Shown one piece after another: positions 11,381 through 20,750 of a stretch of DNA of 64,000 bases. Source of the DNA: Spirochaetia bacterium (GTDB taxonomy: Bacteria > Spirochaetota > Spirochaetia > SZUA-6 > Bin103). The notes under the pieces are model-generated. The model had not been told where the DNA came from, made no database searches, and saw nothing but the letters and a program-made list of their open reading frames with translations. The stretch covers positions 640,001 through 704,000 of the forward strand of contig CBDAOI010000003.1 of the NCBI GenBank assembly GCA_965198005.1, given 5' to 3'. A program made the position numbers and the translations under genes. Within the stretch, counting starts at the first letter, position 1. Every line of letters begins with the position of its first letter.

Positions 11381-12356
11381 TCGGCGCCACCCCGCGCCCG
11401 CGGCTGCCGTTGCCGCCGGCCTGCAGCCCCGCCACCTCCCGAACCCGCCGCGCGCCGCAGTAGATGTTGAAGCGCCGGTCGCGCAGAAAACCGATCAGGG
11501 TCAGGCCGAGCCCGTCGGCCAGCTCGCACGCCAGGCTGGAGGGGGCCCCCACCGCGGCCAGAAACCGAATCCCGGCGCGGGCCGCCTTCTGCACCAGCTC
11601 GAACCCGGTACGGCCGCTGAACAGCACCACCGCATGGTCCAGGGGAAGCGTCGCCTCCAGCACCGCGCGCCCGATCAGCTTGTCGAGCGCGTTGTGGCGG
11701 CCGACGTCCTCGCGCAGTCGCAGCAGGCGGCCGCCGGCATCGAACAGCGCTGCCGCGTGCAAGCCGCCGGTGCGGTCGAAGGTCGCCTGGTGGCGGCGCA
11801 ACTCGTCCGGCAGCCGGTGCAGCACTGCTGCCGCCACCGCCGGCGTCGCCTCGCTCCCAGCCGGCAAACGCGCCGGGACCGTCGCCATCACCTCCGCAAT
11901 CGACGCCTTGCCGCACACCCCGCAACTGGCACTGGCCACCAGCTCACGCCCGCGGCCGTCCACCCCGCGCGCGCTCTCCCGCGGCGCTGCCCCGAGCAGC
12001 GTGGCGCGCACCACGTTCCGCTCGTGGCCACAGTAACTGACGTCCCGGAGCTGTTCCGGCCGATCGATGAACCCCTCGGTGAGCAGGAATCCGGCGGCCA
12101 GCTCGTAGTCGTCGCCCGGCGTGCGCATGGTCACCGCCACGTTGTGCTCCGCCTCCACCACGTGCTCCGCCGCCGCCGTCCCGGACGCGTAGCTGACCCT
12201 GATTTCGAGCGGCTCTTCCACAGTCAGCACGTCCCGGTCGGCGCGGCCGGTCTGCCCGTCCACCCGCATCAGCGCGATCGCTTGCGCGCGTCCGTCGCCA
12301 CCGAGGTCCACCGGCACGGCCTGCATCCGCCGATTGCTCAGCGCGTCGCCCATCAC
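11328..12356 (-). CDS. fdhD: Formate dehydrogenase sulfurtransferase
   Basis: VEEPLEIR, TMRTPG, SSCGVCG-like, TGGLHAAA, REDVGRHNALDK. Confidence 0.93.
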   Translation of the reverse strand: MMGDALSNRRMQAVPVDLGGDGRAQAIALMRVDGQTGRADRDVLTVEEPLEIRVSYASGTAAAEHVVEAEHNVAVTMRTPGDDYELAAGFLLTEGFIDRPEQLRDVSYCGHERNVVRATLLGAAPRESARGVDGRGRELVASASCGVCGKASIAEVMATVPARLPAGSEATPAVAAAVLHRLPDELRRHQATFDRTGGLHAAALFDAGGRLLRLREDVGRHNALDKLIGRAVLEATLPLDHAVVLFSGRTGFELVQKAARAGIRFLAAVGAPSSLACELADGLGLTLIGFLRDRRFNIYCGARRVREVAGLQAGGNGSRGRGVAPTTPAAADSARTGSRTAP

Positions 12357-12446
12357 GTGATAGTGGGACTGGCCGCGCGCCCGGTCAACCGGCCGGCCGG
12401 CGCCGCGGGCGATCTCGCCGAGGATGGCGTGAGCCTGATCGGCCCG

Positions 12447-13427
12447 CTACCAGCGGACGAGGTTGCCGCCGTAGGTGAGCCCGGCCCCGAATCCGGCGGT
12501 CACGATCAGATCGCCGCGCTGCAGCTGGCCCTGCTCGACCAGATCGTTCAGGGCGATCGGAATGGTGGCGGCGGAGGTGTTGGCGTATTCGGCGATGTTG
12601 ACGTAGAACTTCTCGCGCGGGATGCCGCTACGTTTGGCCGCCGCCTCGATGATGCGCTCGTTGGCCTGGTGGGGGACGATGAACCTGACGTCGTCGATGC
12701 TGACGCGGTTGCGCTCGAGGATGGTGCGTACCGTATCCACGATCACCTGGACCGCGAAGTTGTACACCGCGCGTCCCTCCATCTTCAGCAGCAAGTCGCG
12801 CTGATCGGTCTCGCCGGGTTTGAACGGCGTTCGCGTGCCCCCTGCCTCGCGCGCCAGGGTCATGGCCCGCGAGCCGTCGGAGCGCAGAAACGAATCGAGG
12901 ATCCCGTGGCCGTTGTTCGAATGGGAGATCACCGCCGCACCGGCGCCGTCGCCGAACAGCACGCAGGTGTTGCGGTCGCTCCAGTCCATGATACGGGTGA
13001 GCACCTCGCTGCCGACCAGCAGGACGTGCTTGGCGGAACCGGCGGCGATCAACCCTCGGGCGGTCTCGAGCCCGTAGACGAACCCGGTACAGCCCACCAC
13101 CAAGTCCATGGCGGCGGAATTGGTGGCGCCGAGCTTGTCCTGAATGAGGCACGCGGTGGAGGGAAAGCCGACGTGGTCCGCGGTCGCGGTGGCCACCAGC
13201 ACCATGCCCAACTGCTCGGCACCGATCCCGGCGCGCTCCAGGGCCTGCAGCGCGGCGCGGTGTCCGAGATCGGAGGCGGCTTCCCCCTCACCCGCAACGT
13301 GGCGAAACTTGATTCCGGTGTGCGACTGGATCCATTCGTCCGAGGTGTCGAGAAACGCCTCGAATTCATGGTTTGCCATCCGTCGCTCCGGCACGTAGGC
13401 ACCGAGCGACCGAATCTCCGCCCCCAT
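12447..13427 (-). CDS. fabH: Beta-ketoacyl-ACP synthase III
   Basis: DTSDEWI, GCTGF, LFGDGAGA, PHQAN.RII, NTSAA, GFGAGLT. Confidence 0.95.
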   Translation of the reverse strand: MGAEIRSLGAYVPERRMANHEFEAFLDTSDEWIQSHTGIKFRHVAGEGEAASDLGHRAALQALERAGIGAEQLGMVLVATATADHVGFPSTACLIQDKLGATNSAAMDLVVGCTGFVYGLETARGLIAAGSAKHVLLVGSEVLTRIMDWSDRNTCVLFGDGAGAAVISHSNNGHGILDSFLRSDGSRAMTLAREAGGTRTPFKPGETDQRDLLLKMEGRAVYNFAVQVIVDTVRTILERNRVSIDDVRFIVPHQANERIIEAAAKRSGIPREKFYVNIAEYANTSAATIPIALNDLVEQGQLQRGDLIVTAGFGAGLTYGGNLVRW

Positions 13428-13520
13428 CAGCTACCCAAAGCTCCTCCGGCTGGGATTCAAGTGGCCCCCAGTATAGCAGTACCCGCCTGCTCCCGTCAAC
13501 CGTGCCGTTGCGGCCGGCGG

Positions 13521-14594
13521 TCAGGAGTCTTCCAGGCGCGCCAACTCGTCGTCGATGATCGCCGCCAGACTCTCGAACGGCACCGCTCCGGACAGAAAGC
13601 GCCCGTTCACGAACAGCGCCGGTGTGCCCGATACGCCGACAGCCGTGCCCGCGCGGAGGTCGTTGCGCACCGTTTCATAGTGGCGATCGGAGTCCAGGCA
13701 GCGGTCGAACGCGTCCTGATCCAGACCGAGGCGGCCGGCCTTCTCCTGGAGCGCGGGGACCGAGAGCGCGCCCTGCTCCGCGAACATCAGATCATGCATC
13801 TCCCAGAACTTGCCCTGGTCTCCGGCGCACAGCGAGGCTTCGGCCGCCTTCTGGGCATGCGGGTGAATGCCGGTCAGCGGATAGTGGCGGTACACCACGC
13901 GCAGGCGGCCGGCGTACTCCTCCTGGGCCCGCTTCAGGGTGGGCAGAAAGCGGGCGCAGAAGGGACACTCGAAGTCCGAGAACTCGACCAGCGTCACTGG
14001 TGCGTCCGCAGGACCGGTGGCGGCGAACCCGTCGGTGGCTACCGCGAACCGCAGCGGCTGCAGCAGATACTCGACCGCGAACCGATCTTCCAGCAGGGTG
14101 AAGAAGTCATTTCGAGCGAGCCGTAGCGCCTGCCGTTCCAGATAAGCGCGGATCTGGCCCCCCACGTTGGCAAACGGATCTCTGATACGCGCCTTGTTCC
14201 GTTCATAGAACTGCTCGACGTCCTCGTCGCTGATCGGTTGCGCCGCGTCCTGAATCCGCGCCTGGACCGCGGCGACCGTGGTACCGGTCCGCTCTGCTTC
14301 CCGCTCCAGCAATCGCCGGCGCACCAACTCTTGCAGGGATGCTTCGAGCACTTCCTGGCGGCCGCGGTCGGCCTCGGCCTGACACCGCAGGCGCGCCATC
14401 TCGTTCTCTTCGAGCGCCTGCGTCGCGGTGGCGAGAAGCTCGGCGCGCATGACCTCCTGCTCGCCAATGGTCGCTATCACGTCGCCCTGGTCCGCGCACA
14501 GCAACGGCGCCGCCCCAGCCAGCAATACCACGCCACACCACAGCGCCTTTGCCTTGCCGCCGCAGGTCGACCAGAATCGTTCGAAGACCGTCAC
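13521..14594 (-). CDS. DsbA/thioredoxin-4 family protein with N-terminal helical domain
   Basis: Signal-peptide-like N-terminus; VEFSDFECPFC and GTPALFVNG. Confidence 0.88.
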   Translation of the reverse strand: MTVFERFWSTCGGKAKALWCGVVLLAGAAPLLCADQGDVIATIGEQEVMRAELLATATQALEENEMARLRCQAEADRGRQEVLEASLQELVRRRLLEREAERTGTTVAAVQARIQDAAQPISDEDVEQFYERNKARIRDPFANVGGQIRAYLERQALRLARNDFFTLLEDRFAVEYLLQPLRFAVATDGFAATGPADAPVTLVEFSDFECPFCARFLPTLKRAQEEYAGRLRVVYRHYPLTGIHPHAQKAAEASLCAGDQGKFWEMHDLMFAEQGALSVPALQEKAGRLGLDQDAFDRCLDSDRHYETVRNDLRAGTAVGVSGTPALFVNGRFLSGAVPFESLAAIIDDELARLEDS

Positions 14595-14909
14595 TTCACA
14601 AGCCAGCGTACGCCGCGAAGCGCTCCGCCGTCAAGGTGGGCGGCGATTCTGCAGCAATTCTCGGTGAACGGCTGGTAGAGGGGCAGAGTGTCATAAGCTC
14701 AAGCCCTCCGAGTGTGAAACGCGACCATGCCCACCTGTTGGCCCACCGAGTGAACTCCCGTGAAAGGCAAGCACGCACGGTCCGACCGGCAGAAATTCTG
14801 TAACTGATTGCAGGTGATGTATTTAGCCACCGTCAAGCAGCCCCGTGCGATGACCTGACCACCGTCAGCCACCGCCGCTCGGCCGATGCCGCGGGCTGGC
14901 GCGGTGCAG

Positions 14910-15392
14910 CGACACCCAGGCGTTTTGATAGGTGGTCGTGCCGGCACGTACGATGCGGTAGTGCACGAAGTTGATCTTGGGACTGCGGGGGTTGCCGTTC
15001 AGCGGCACCCCGGTAACCCACGTCGATGGTGCCGCGGTGGTCCAGCAGCCGACCGCGGCGCAGCCCGTCGATATCCTGGTACAGGCTGGTGTGATCCTCC
15101 GGCTTGGCCACCAGCAGAAACGAGCAGCGGGCGGCGCGCACCTGTTCGATGAACGGTTGCTTGGAGTACAGACTATCGGCGACGATCACCGCAGCCAGCC
15201 GGGGATGGTCGTTACGGATGCGCTGCAAGGCACGGTAGCCGGCTTTTATTTCACAGTCTTGCTTGCGGCGTTTGGCATTCTTGGCGCCAGAGTCATCGGC
15301 GTTGTGAATGAACCCGGGAGCCAACGGCAGCACCTGCCGCTTGTCGGGGTGGACGATGGCGGTCTGCAGGATGTCGTGGTGGTAGCGTACGG
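14910..15392 (-). pseudogene. ISNCY-like DDE transposase internal fragment
   Basis: AIVHPDKRQVLPLAPGFI...KQDCEIKA...VIVADSLYSKQPF...FLLVAKPEDH. Confidence 0.7.
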
Positions 15393-15570
15393 TGAGGTGG
15401 TCCTGGAAAATTGGACAGGAGGTTAAGGTGTATTCGAGGCCATGAGGAGGGCCAAGGAGATGGCGACGACACGACGTCGATTCACAGCGGAGTTCAAGGC
15501 ACGGGTAGTGGTGGAAGCGTTGCGCGGTGACCGCACGATCCAGGAGATCGGGGCCAAGCACCGCGTTGAT
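15393..15570 (+). mobile_element. IS3-family left end and truncated OrfA
   Basis: TG-initiated end TGAGGTGGTCCTGGAAAATTGGACA followed by MATTRRRFTAEFKARVVVEALRGDRTIQEIGAKH. Confidence 0.75.
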
Positions 15571-15724
15571 CATCGCGCCGCAAAAGGTCGCCCGACGACT
15601 GGTAGGCGATCACCGCTGCGGTTCTCACCTTGTTCCCGGCAGCCTCGTTGTAGAAGCTTTGGATGGTAGGTGAGGTGGACGGTCACCCGCGCGCAGGCGC
15701 GTGGCCCCCATGCGGGCTCCTCTT

Positions 15725-16621
15725 TCAAACCGACCTGGCGGCATCGGCACCCAGGCGGCCCCCACCACCCCTCAGCCGCGGGTCGAGCAGATCCCGCACC
15801 GCATCGCCGAACATGTTCAGGCAGTAAACGGTGAGAGTCAGAGCGAGACCAGGCCACAGAGCCAGCCATGGGGCAATTTCCATGAACTGACGCCCTTCCC
15901 GGCTGAGCATGCCACCCCAGCTCGGAACACTCGGCGGCAGACCGAATCCGAGAAAGCTCAAGGACGCCTCGCTGATGATCACTCCACCGATGTTGATGGT
16001 GAATATGACGATTACGACCGGCATGATATTGGGCAGGACGTGTCGGATGAATGTTCTCCATTTTGAGGAGCCAACCGACTCCGCCGCATCAAAATACGCA
16101 TTCTCCTTTATGTCGATAACGGCGCCTCTTACGGTTCTCGAGCCGACGATGCCTCCCGTTAATCCCAGCACCGCTATGATCTGTGGCATACCCCGCCCCA
16201 CTATCGACATTACGGTCAACAACAGGAGCAGTCCCGGAAAAGCCATCCAGGCGTCGACAAATCTCTGCACGGCCAGGTCCAGTTTGCCGCCAAGGAATCC
16301 AGAAATGCCGCCTATCAGGACAGCGACGACAGCATTGAGAGCGGTCGCCGCCAGACCGACCGTGAGCGAAAGACGAGCTCCGTGGATAAGGCGGCTCAGG
16401 AAGTCTCGCCCCACGTAGTCGGTACCCAGGAGAAATTTGGCTGACGGGCCCTGCAGAATGTCTGACTTGTGTATTTCCATATGACCATAGGGAGACAAAA
16501 CATCAGCAAGGATACTGACAAGAATCAGCATCAATATGATGATCCCGCAGGCGGTGCCCAGTGGCTTCGTCCGCCACATCCTGGTAAGGAAATCAGCGAG
16601 GTTGTTACGTTCTCTATTCAT
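15725..16621 (-). CDS. Peptide/nickel ABC permease (OppC/DppC-like), cassette 1
   Basis: LGTD..GRD.LSRLI.GAR.SL, EAA loop, RHVLPN, EASLSFLGFG. Confidence 0.93.
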   Translation of the reverse strand: MNRERNNLADFLTRMWRTKPLGTACGIIILMLILVSILADVLSPYGHMEIHKSDILQGPSAKFLLGTDYVGRDFLSRLIHGARLSLTVGLAATALNAVVAVLIGGISGFLGGKLDLAVQRFVDAWMAFPGLLLLLTVMSIVGRGMPQIIAVLGLTGGIVGSRTVRGAVIDIKENAYFDAAESVGSSKWRTFIRHVLPNIMPVVIVIFTINIGGVIISEASLSFLGFGLPPSVPSWGGMLSREGRQFMEIAPWLALWPGLALTLTVYCLNMFGDAVRDLLDPRLRGGGGRLGADAARSV

Positions 16622-17618
16622 AGCGGACCCGGGGGTCCAAGTAGGGATAAATCAGGTCAATCGCCAGATTGATCCCGATGACCGCGGTGGCGAACAATAG
16701 GTTGATTCCGGAAACCACTGGGTAGTCCCTCGCATTGAGGGCAAGCACGAAGACACGACCTATCCCCGGCAGGTTGAAGATGTTCTCCATGATGACGGAG
16801 CCGCCTACCAGGATAGGCATCTGCAGGCCTATCAGCGTAACCACCGGGATGAGGGCATTCTTGACGGCGTGCCTGATAACAACTGCCCTCTCCTTGAGTC
16901 CTTTTGACCAGGCGGTCCGGATATAGTCTTGCCTGAGCACCTCCAGCATCATGGTGCGCGTCATCCGCATTGTGGCTGCAGCCATGCCCGTCCCCAGAAT
17001 CAGGCTGGGAATGATGAACACCCCCAGATTCTCCAGCGGCTCTTCCGTGAAACGAATCCACTCCATCGGTGGCGACCAGCCCCACCAGACTACCGGGTAG
17101 ACCATGACCATGGTTCCGAGCCAGAAGTTAGGCGTTGCCAGGCCGATGATGGCGGCCGAGCGCCCCGCGTAGTCGGCGGCCGTATCCTGGCGAATCGCAG
17201 CGTAGATGCCCACCGGCAGGGCGATCACCAGCCCAATCACGATTGCCAGGAGGCCAAGCTCGATGGTTACCGGCAATCTACCGACTATCTTCCTCTCTAC
17301 CGGCAAACGGCCGCTTACCAGCGAGCGCCCGAGACTGCCCTGAAGGAGACCGGTGAAATGAGACTCACCGGTACGCCAGTCAGGGGTCGGCAACACTCCT
17401 ATCCAGCGTCCATACTGCACGTGGACGGGCACGTCCAGTCCCAGCATACGCTCGAGAGGTTCACGGTCCCTGCCGCCCGCTCTGTACACCGCCGCTTCAG
17501 ACTCCATTACGTCGATGACATCGCCGGGGATGAAGCGCACCGAGAGGAAGACCAGGATGCTCAATATAAACAAGGTGGGGATTATCAGCAATAACCGCCT
17601 GATGATGTAGGCTCTCAT
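16614..17618 (-). CDS. Peptide/nickel ABC permease (OppB/DppB-like), cassette 1
   Basis: MRAYIIRRLL, RMTRTMMLEVLRQDYIRTAWSKGL, LDPRVRY. Confidence 0.93.
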   Translation of the reverse strand: MRAYIIRRLLLIIPTLFILSILVFLSVRFIPGDVIDVMESEAAVYRAGGRDREPLERMLGLDVPVHVQYGRWIGVLPTPDWRTGESHFTGLLQGSLGRSLVSGRLPVERKIVGRLPVTIELGLLAIVIGLVIALPVGIYAAIRQDTAADYAGRSAAIIGLATPNFWLGTMVMVYPVVWWGWSPPMEWIRFTEEPLENLGVFIIPSLILGTGMAAATMRMTRTMMLEVLRQDYIRTAWSKGLKERAVVIRHAVKNALIPVVTLIGLQMPILVGGSVIMENIFNLPGIGRVFVLALNARDYPVVSGINLLFATAVIGINLAIDLIYPYLDPRVRYE

Positions 17619-17634
17619 ATCCTTCGTGGTAAAT

Positions 17635-17666
17635 GGGCGCCGGGAAGCCCGAGGCTCCCGGCGCCC
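17635..17666 (-). terminator. GC-rich hairpin between the SBP and permease genes
   Basis: GGGCGCCGGGA / TCCCGGCGCCC inverted repeat. Confidence 0.55.
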
Positions 17667-17750
17667 TTCGATGCAGCCAGAACGAGCGCGAAAACGCTCG
17701 TGGACCCCGCCCCTAGGCGCGGTCCCGGCTGCAACGCCGCAGGCGTTGCG

Positions 17751-19541
17751 TCAGAAACCCATTCCTCTCTTCAGATCCTGGTCGATCCAGAGGCGAGGAA
17801 CGACGACTCCAGCGTCTATCGTTTCACCGTTAAAGCCGGTGACCCACGGCTGCGTCACAGTAAATACCAGCGCTCTACCAAGCCATAGATGCCAGTGGTT
17901 CTCTACGAGGTACATATTTGCCTCTCTGACTAACCTCTGCTGCTCCTCATGGGTAGGGGCGCTTTCTGCGGCTTCAACCATGGCGTCATAGGCCGGTTCC
18001 CGCACACCGGCGGGGTTCCATGTCGAGGTCGATACATTCTGTCCGAGCGGGCCGAGTATGCTATGATAAAACCCGATGGCTTCACTCGTCATGCCCTCAT
18101 AGGTATGTTCTCGTAGACGGCCAGCCCAAGTCGCCGAATCCATTGGTTGGAGCTCGACCTCAACGCCAATCTCACTAAAGTATGCTACGGCCAATTCGTG
18201 AAGGCCTAGATCACCTATATCTCTAAAGTCCAGGCCAGTCTTGAATCTAATGCCGTCGGCGCCGCGAGGATATCCGGCCTCATCAAGCAGCGCTTCTGCC
18301 CCTTTCGGGTCGTAGGTATAGTACTGCTGGATGTCTTCGGGCCAATCTTCAAACGGCAGCACATACCCGACCACTGCGTCCGACATATACCCTACAGGTA
18401 CCCCTAATGACCAACCCTTCATGTAGGTATTGCTCACTGTCTCACTGTCCCATGCCATCTGCATTGCGTGGCGTACCCTGATGTCGTTAAAGGGCGGATT
18501 TTGCGCGGACAGAGCAATACCCAGCCCCCAAAGGTAATGGGGAACGACTTGGATGTCGGGGTTGATCTGCTGGAGATTCGCTACCGTATTGACGTCCTGT
18601 ATTTGAGAACCGAAAAGAAAACCTAGGTAGTCGGTCTTACCCGAGCGCAGCGCCGCCAGACGTGTTGCCTCGTCGGGCATAATCATCACCTTCAACTCGT
18701 CAACATAGGGCAAGCGGTTCTCCGGGTATTTCTCATCGAATCCCCAGTAGTTGGGATTCTTCTTGAAGGTAATGGAGCTGCCTTCGACCCAATCAGCGAG
18801 TTCGAAGGGCCCGGTACCGACCAAGTTCCTCCAGTCCGTAACGTCGCCGTGTTGCTCGATTACTTCGGGGGGCAATATGCACATAGGGTACCCAAAGACG
18901 ATTTCACGAAAGGCCTGCAGGTTTGGCTTTTCTATGGTAAAGACAACCGTATGTTGGTCGGTTGCCGTTATCGATTCGATTCCCGCTTCGTCGACTCCTC
19001 CCCACTGGGCAATGTTGGGGCTGAATTCGGTATAGCCGCTGCCCAGACCCGTATAGCGATGCCAGTTATATTCGACATCCTTGGCAGTGAGCTCCCGACC
19101 GTTCATCGGCGCCTTGTCATGCCAGTTAACGCCCTGGCGGATGTGAAAGGTAAAGGTGAGGCCGTCGGCGGAAATGTCCCAGCTTTCCACCAGACGACCT
19201 GTTCTGGCAGAGTCAGGTATGTAGGCGCCTGCAAGGTCAAATTCGTCCCTATCTACTGCCCAGTCGAGATTGCCCAGCTGCTCGCACACGAACTCGTTAG
19301 CACCTCTTGTAGGATGTCCGAAGAAGGCGTCGGAACCCGCAGGGTCGGACAGCCGGGTCGCGGTGAATGTCCCGCCATACTGTGGCGCGGACACCAGCTT
19401 GCCGGTGGTCGGGTCGAGCACGATTTCCCTTTCGGCTGCCGCTGCCGGCTCCGTGTCTGTGGCGCCACCCGCCCAGAGGCCGGTCGCGGTCAGAACGAGG
19501 ACCAACGCAATCGCGAAGGTCCTTGAAAAAAATATCTTCAT
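17751..19541 (-). CDS. Family 5 ABC substrate-binding protein (OppA/DppA-like), cassette 1
   Basis: Start at MKIFFSRTF (ATG 19541, purine-rich RBS). Signal peptide ...TGLWAGG; LVESWDIS.DGLT.TF.IR, GTGPF. Confidence 0.93.
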   Translation of the reverse strand: MKIFFSRTFAIALVLVLTATGLWAGGATDTEPAAAAEREIVLDPTTGKLVSAPQYGGTFTATRLSDPAGSDAFFGHPTRGANEFVCEQLGNLDWAVDRDEFDLAGAYIPDSARTGRLVESWDISADGLTFTFHIRQGVNWHDKAPMNGRELTAKDVEYNWHRYTGLGSGYTEFSPNIAQWGGVDEAGIESITATDQHTVVFTIEKPNLQAFREIVFGYPMCILPPEVIEQHGDVTDWRNLVGTGPFELADWVEGSSITFKKNPNYWGFDEKYPENRLPYVDELKVMIMPDEATRLAALRSGKTDYLGFLFGSQIQDVNTVANLQQINPDIQVVPHYLWGLGIALSAQNPPFNDIRVRHAMQMAWDSETVSNTYMKGWSLGVPVGYMSDAVVGYVLPFEDWPEDIQQYYTYDPKGAEALLDEAGYPRGADGIRFKTGLDFRDIGDLGLHELAVAYFSEIGVEVELQPMDSATWAGRLREHTYEGMTSEAIGFYHSILGPLGQNVSTSTWNPAGVREPAYDAMVEAAESAPTHEEQQRLVREANMYLVENHWHLWLGRALVFTVTQPWVTGFNGETIDAGVVVPRLWIDQDLKRGMGF

Positions 19542-19562
19542 CGTTTCTTCCTTGAATGTTAT

Positions 19563-19727
19563 TTCGAGAGTATTGCGGAGCGGATTGCCTCCCTGGCTAC
19601 TCTCGGGCCCGCAATGCGGACGGCCAGTCTGAGTCAATTTGTGAAGCGCGCGGCGTGTGACTCGGCGGGTTCACCCCAGGGCTCACGCCGCGCGCCTACG
19701 GTTCTTTGAGTATCATTCGACCTCCTT
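19563..19727 (-). promoter_or_regulatory. Type-1 SBP leader: SD + micro-ORF MILKEP (19716-19696) + 12-bp hairpin + GAGAG/CTCTC stem
   Basis: AAGGAGGT precedes the ATG. Inverted repeats at 19646-19657/19684-19695 and 19565-19572/19598-19605. Homologous to 44862-45051 and 36474-36532. Confidence 0.65.
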
Positions 19728-20003
19728 CTTCTCTAGATCTACGTCGGGATCTGCGTTATAACGCCACGCGTGGTGGTGGTCTGAGCAGCAGCGAGTCTGA
19801 ATGGCCGGCAACGCTGGGGGTGTCGCCGGCCGGGATCCGGGACGGTTGCGGTCGCCGGGAAGGGCGCGGGCGGCCCGCATGCCGGTTCGGCGATGGGCGG
19901 AGCCGGCGCCACCGATAGCTACGGCGGTGGTGAAGGCGACGGCGTGCGCGGGGGGGGGCGGGGCATAAGCGCTAACTTGTTGTGGGGGCCTACAGGGGCC
20001 ATG

Positions 20004-20148
20004 CATGACTTTACTGTGCGACCGTACCACGGACGTGCGACTCGGATCAACCAGCCGCGTCGAAAAAATCGAAGAAATCTGACCGCTCATGGCCCTACGG
20101 TGCGACCGTATCACGGCCCCGCGACTCGCGTCAACCACCTGCGTCGAA
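20004..20148. repeat. Two imperfect ~60-bp direct repeats, period 84 bp
   Basis: GTGCGACCGTA(C/T)CACGG...GCGACTCG...TCAACCA..GCGTCGAA at 20004-20064 and 20088-20148. Confidence 0.75.
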
Positions 20149-20151
20149 GAA

Positions 20152-20649
20152 CAGCGATTCTGGGGGAACGGCTGTGTAGAGGAGCAGAGGTGCATCACGA
20201 ACAGTAGCAACATTGGAAGCGAAAGGTTACAGAAAAGTTTCGAGGGCGAGATCGCAAGCCCGGTCATAAGCTCAAGCCCTCCGAGTGTGAAACGCGACCA
20301 TGCCCACCTGTTGGCCCACCGAGTGAATGCACGCACGGTCCGACCGGCAGAAATTCTGTAACTGATTGCAGGTGATGTATTTAGCCACCGTCAAGCCAGC
20401 CCGGTGCGATGACCTGACCACCGTCAGCCACCGCCGCTCGGCCGATGCCGCTGGCTGGCGCGGTGCAGCGTTCGGCCCTTCGGGGCCGGTTGCCCGCGCG
20501 CCGCCGGCACACCTGCGCCGCAGCCCCAGTCAGGGATCGTTCAGGGAGCAGGTTCAGTTCTCCAGGGAGCGGCTACCCGGACAGCGGCTGCGGCGGCGAG
20601 TTCATCCGCACCAGCACCTGGTCCCACGTCCGTTCACCGAGAATTGCTG
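20152..20649. mobile_element. MITE-like copy forming the right end of the composite element
   Basis: Degenerate IR CAGCGATTCTGGGGGAACGG at 20152. 20263-20470 is near-identical to 14690-14910. Perfect IR at 20630-20649; no transposase. Confidence 0.75.
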
Positions 20650-20750
20650 GCGATTCTGCGATTCGAGAGATTCGACGGCCTTCCTGGTTGTCTTACCGCG
20701 TTGATCAAGGTCCCGTCGTATGGTCATGATGGTGCGCACCGACCACCACC

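Larger units (their letters stand above)
14652..20649. mobile_element. Non-autonomous/composite transposon (5998 bp) carrying an ABC SBP + two permeases
   Basis: Perfect 20-bp terminal inverted repeats, CAGCAATTCTCGGTGAACGG (14652-14671) and CCGTTCACCGAGAATTGCTG (20630-20649). Flanked by the 9-bp direct repeat GCGATTCTG (14643-14651, 20650-20658). Confidence 0.85.
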
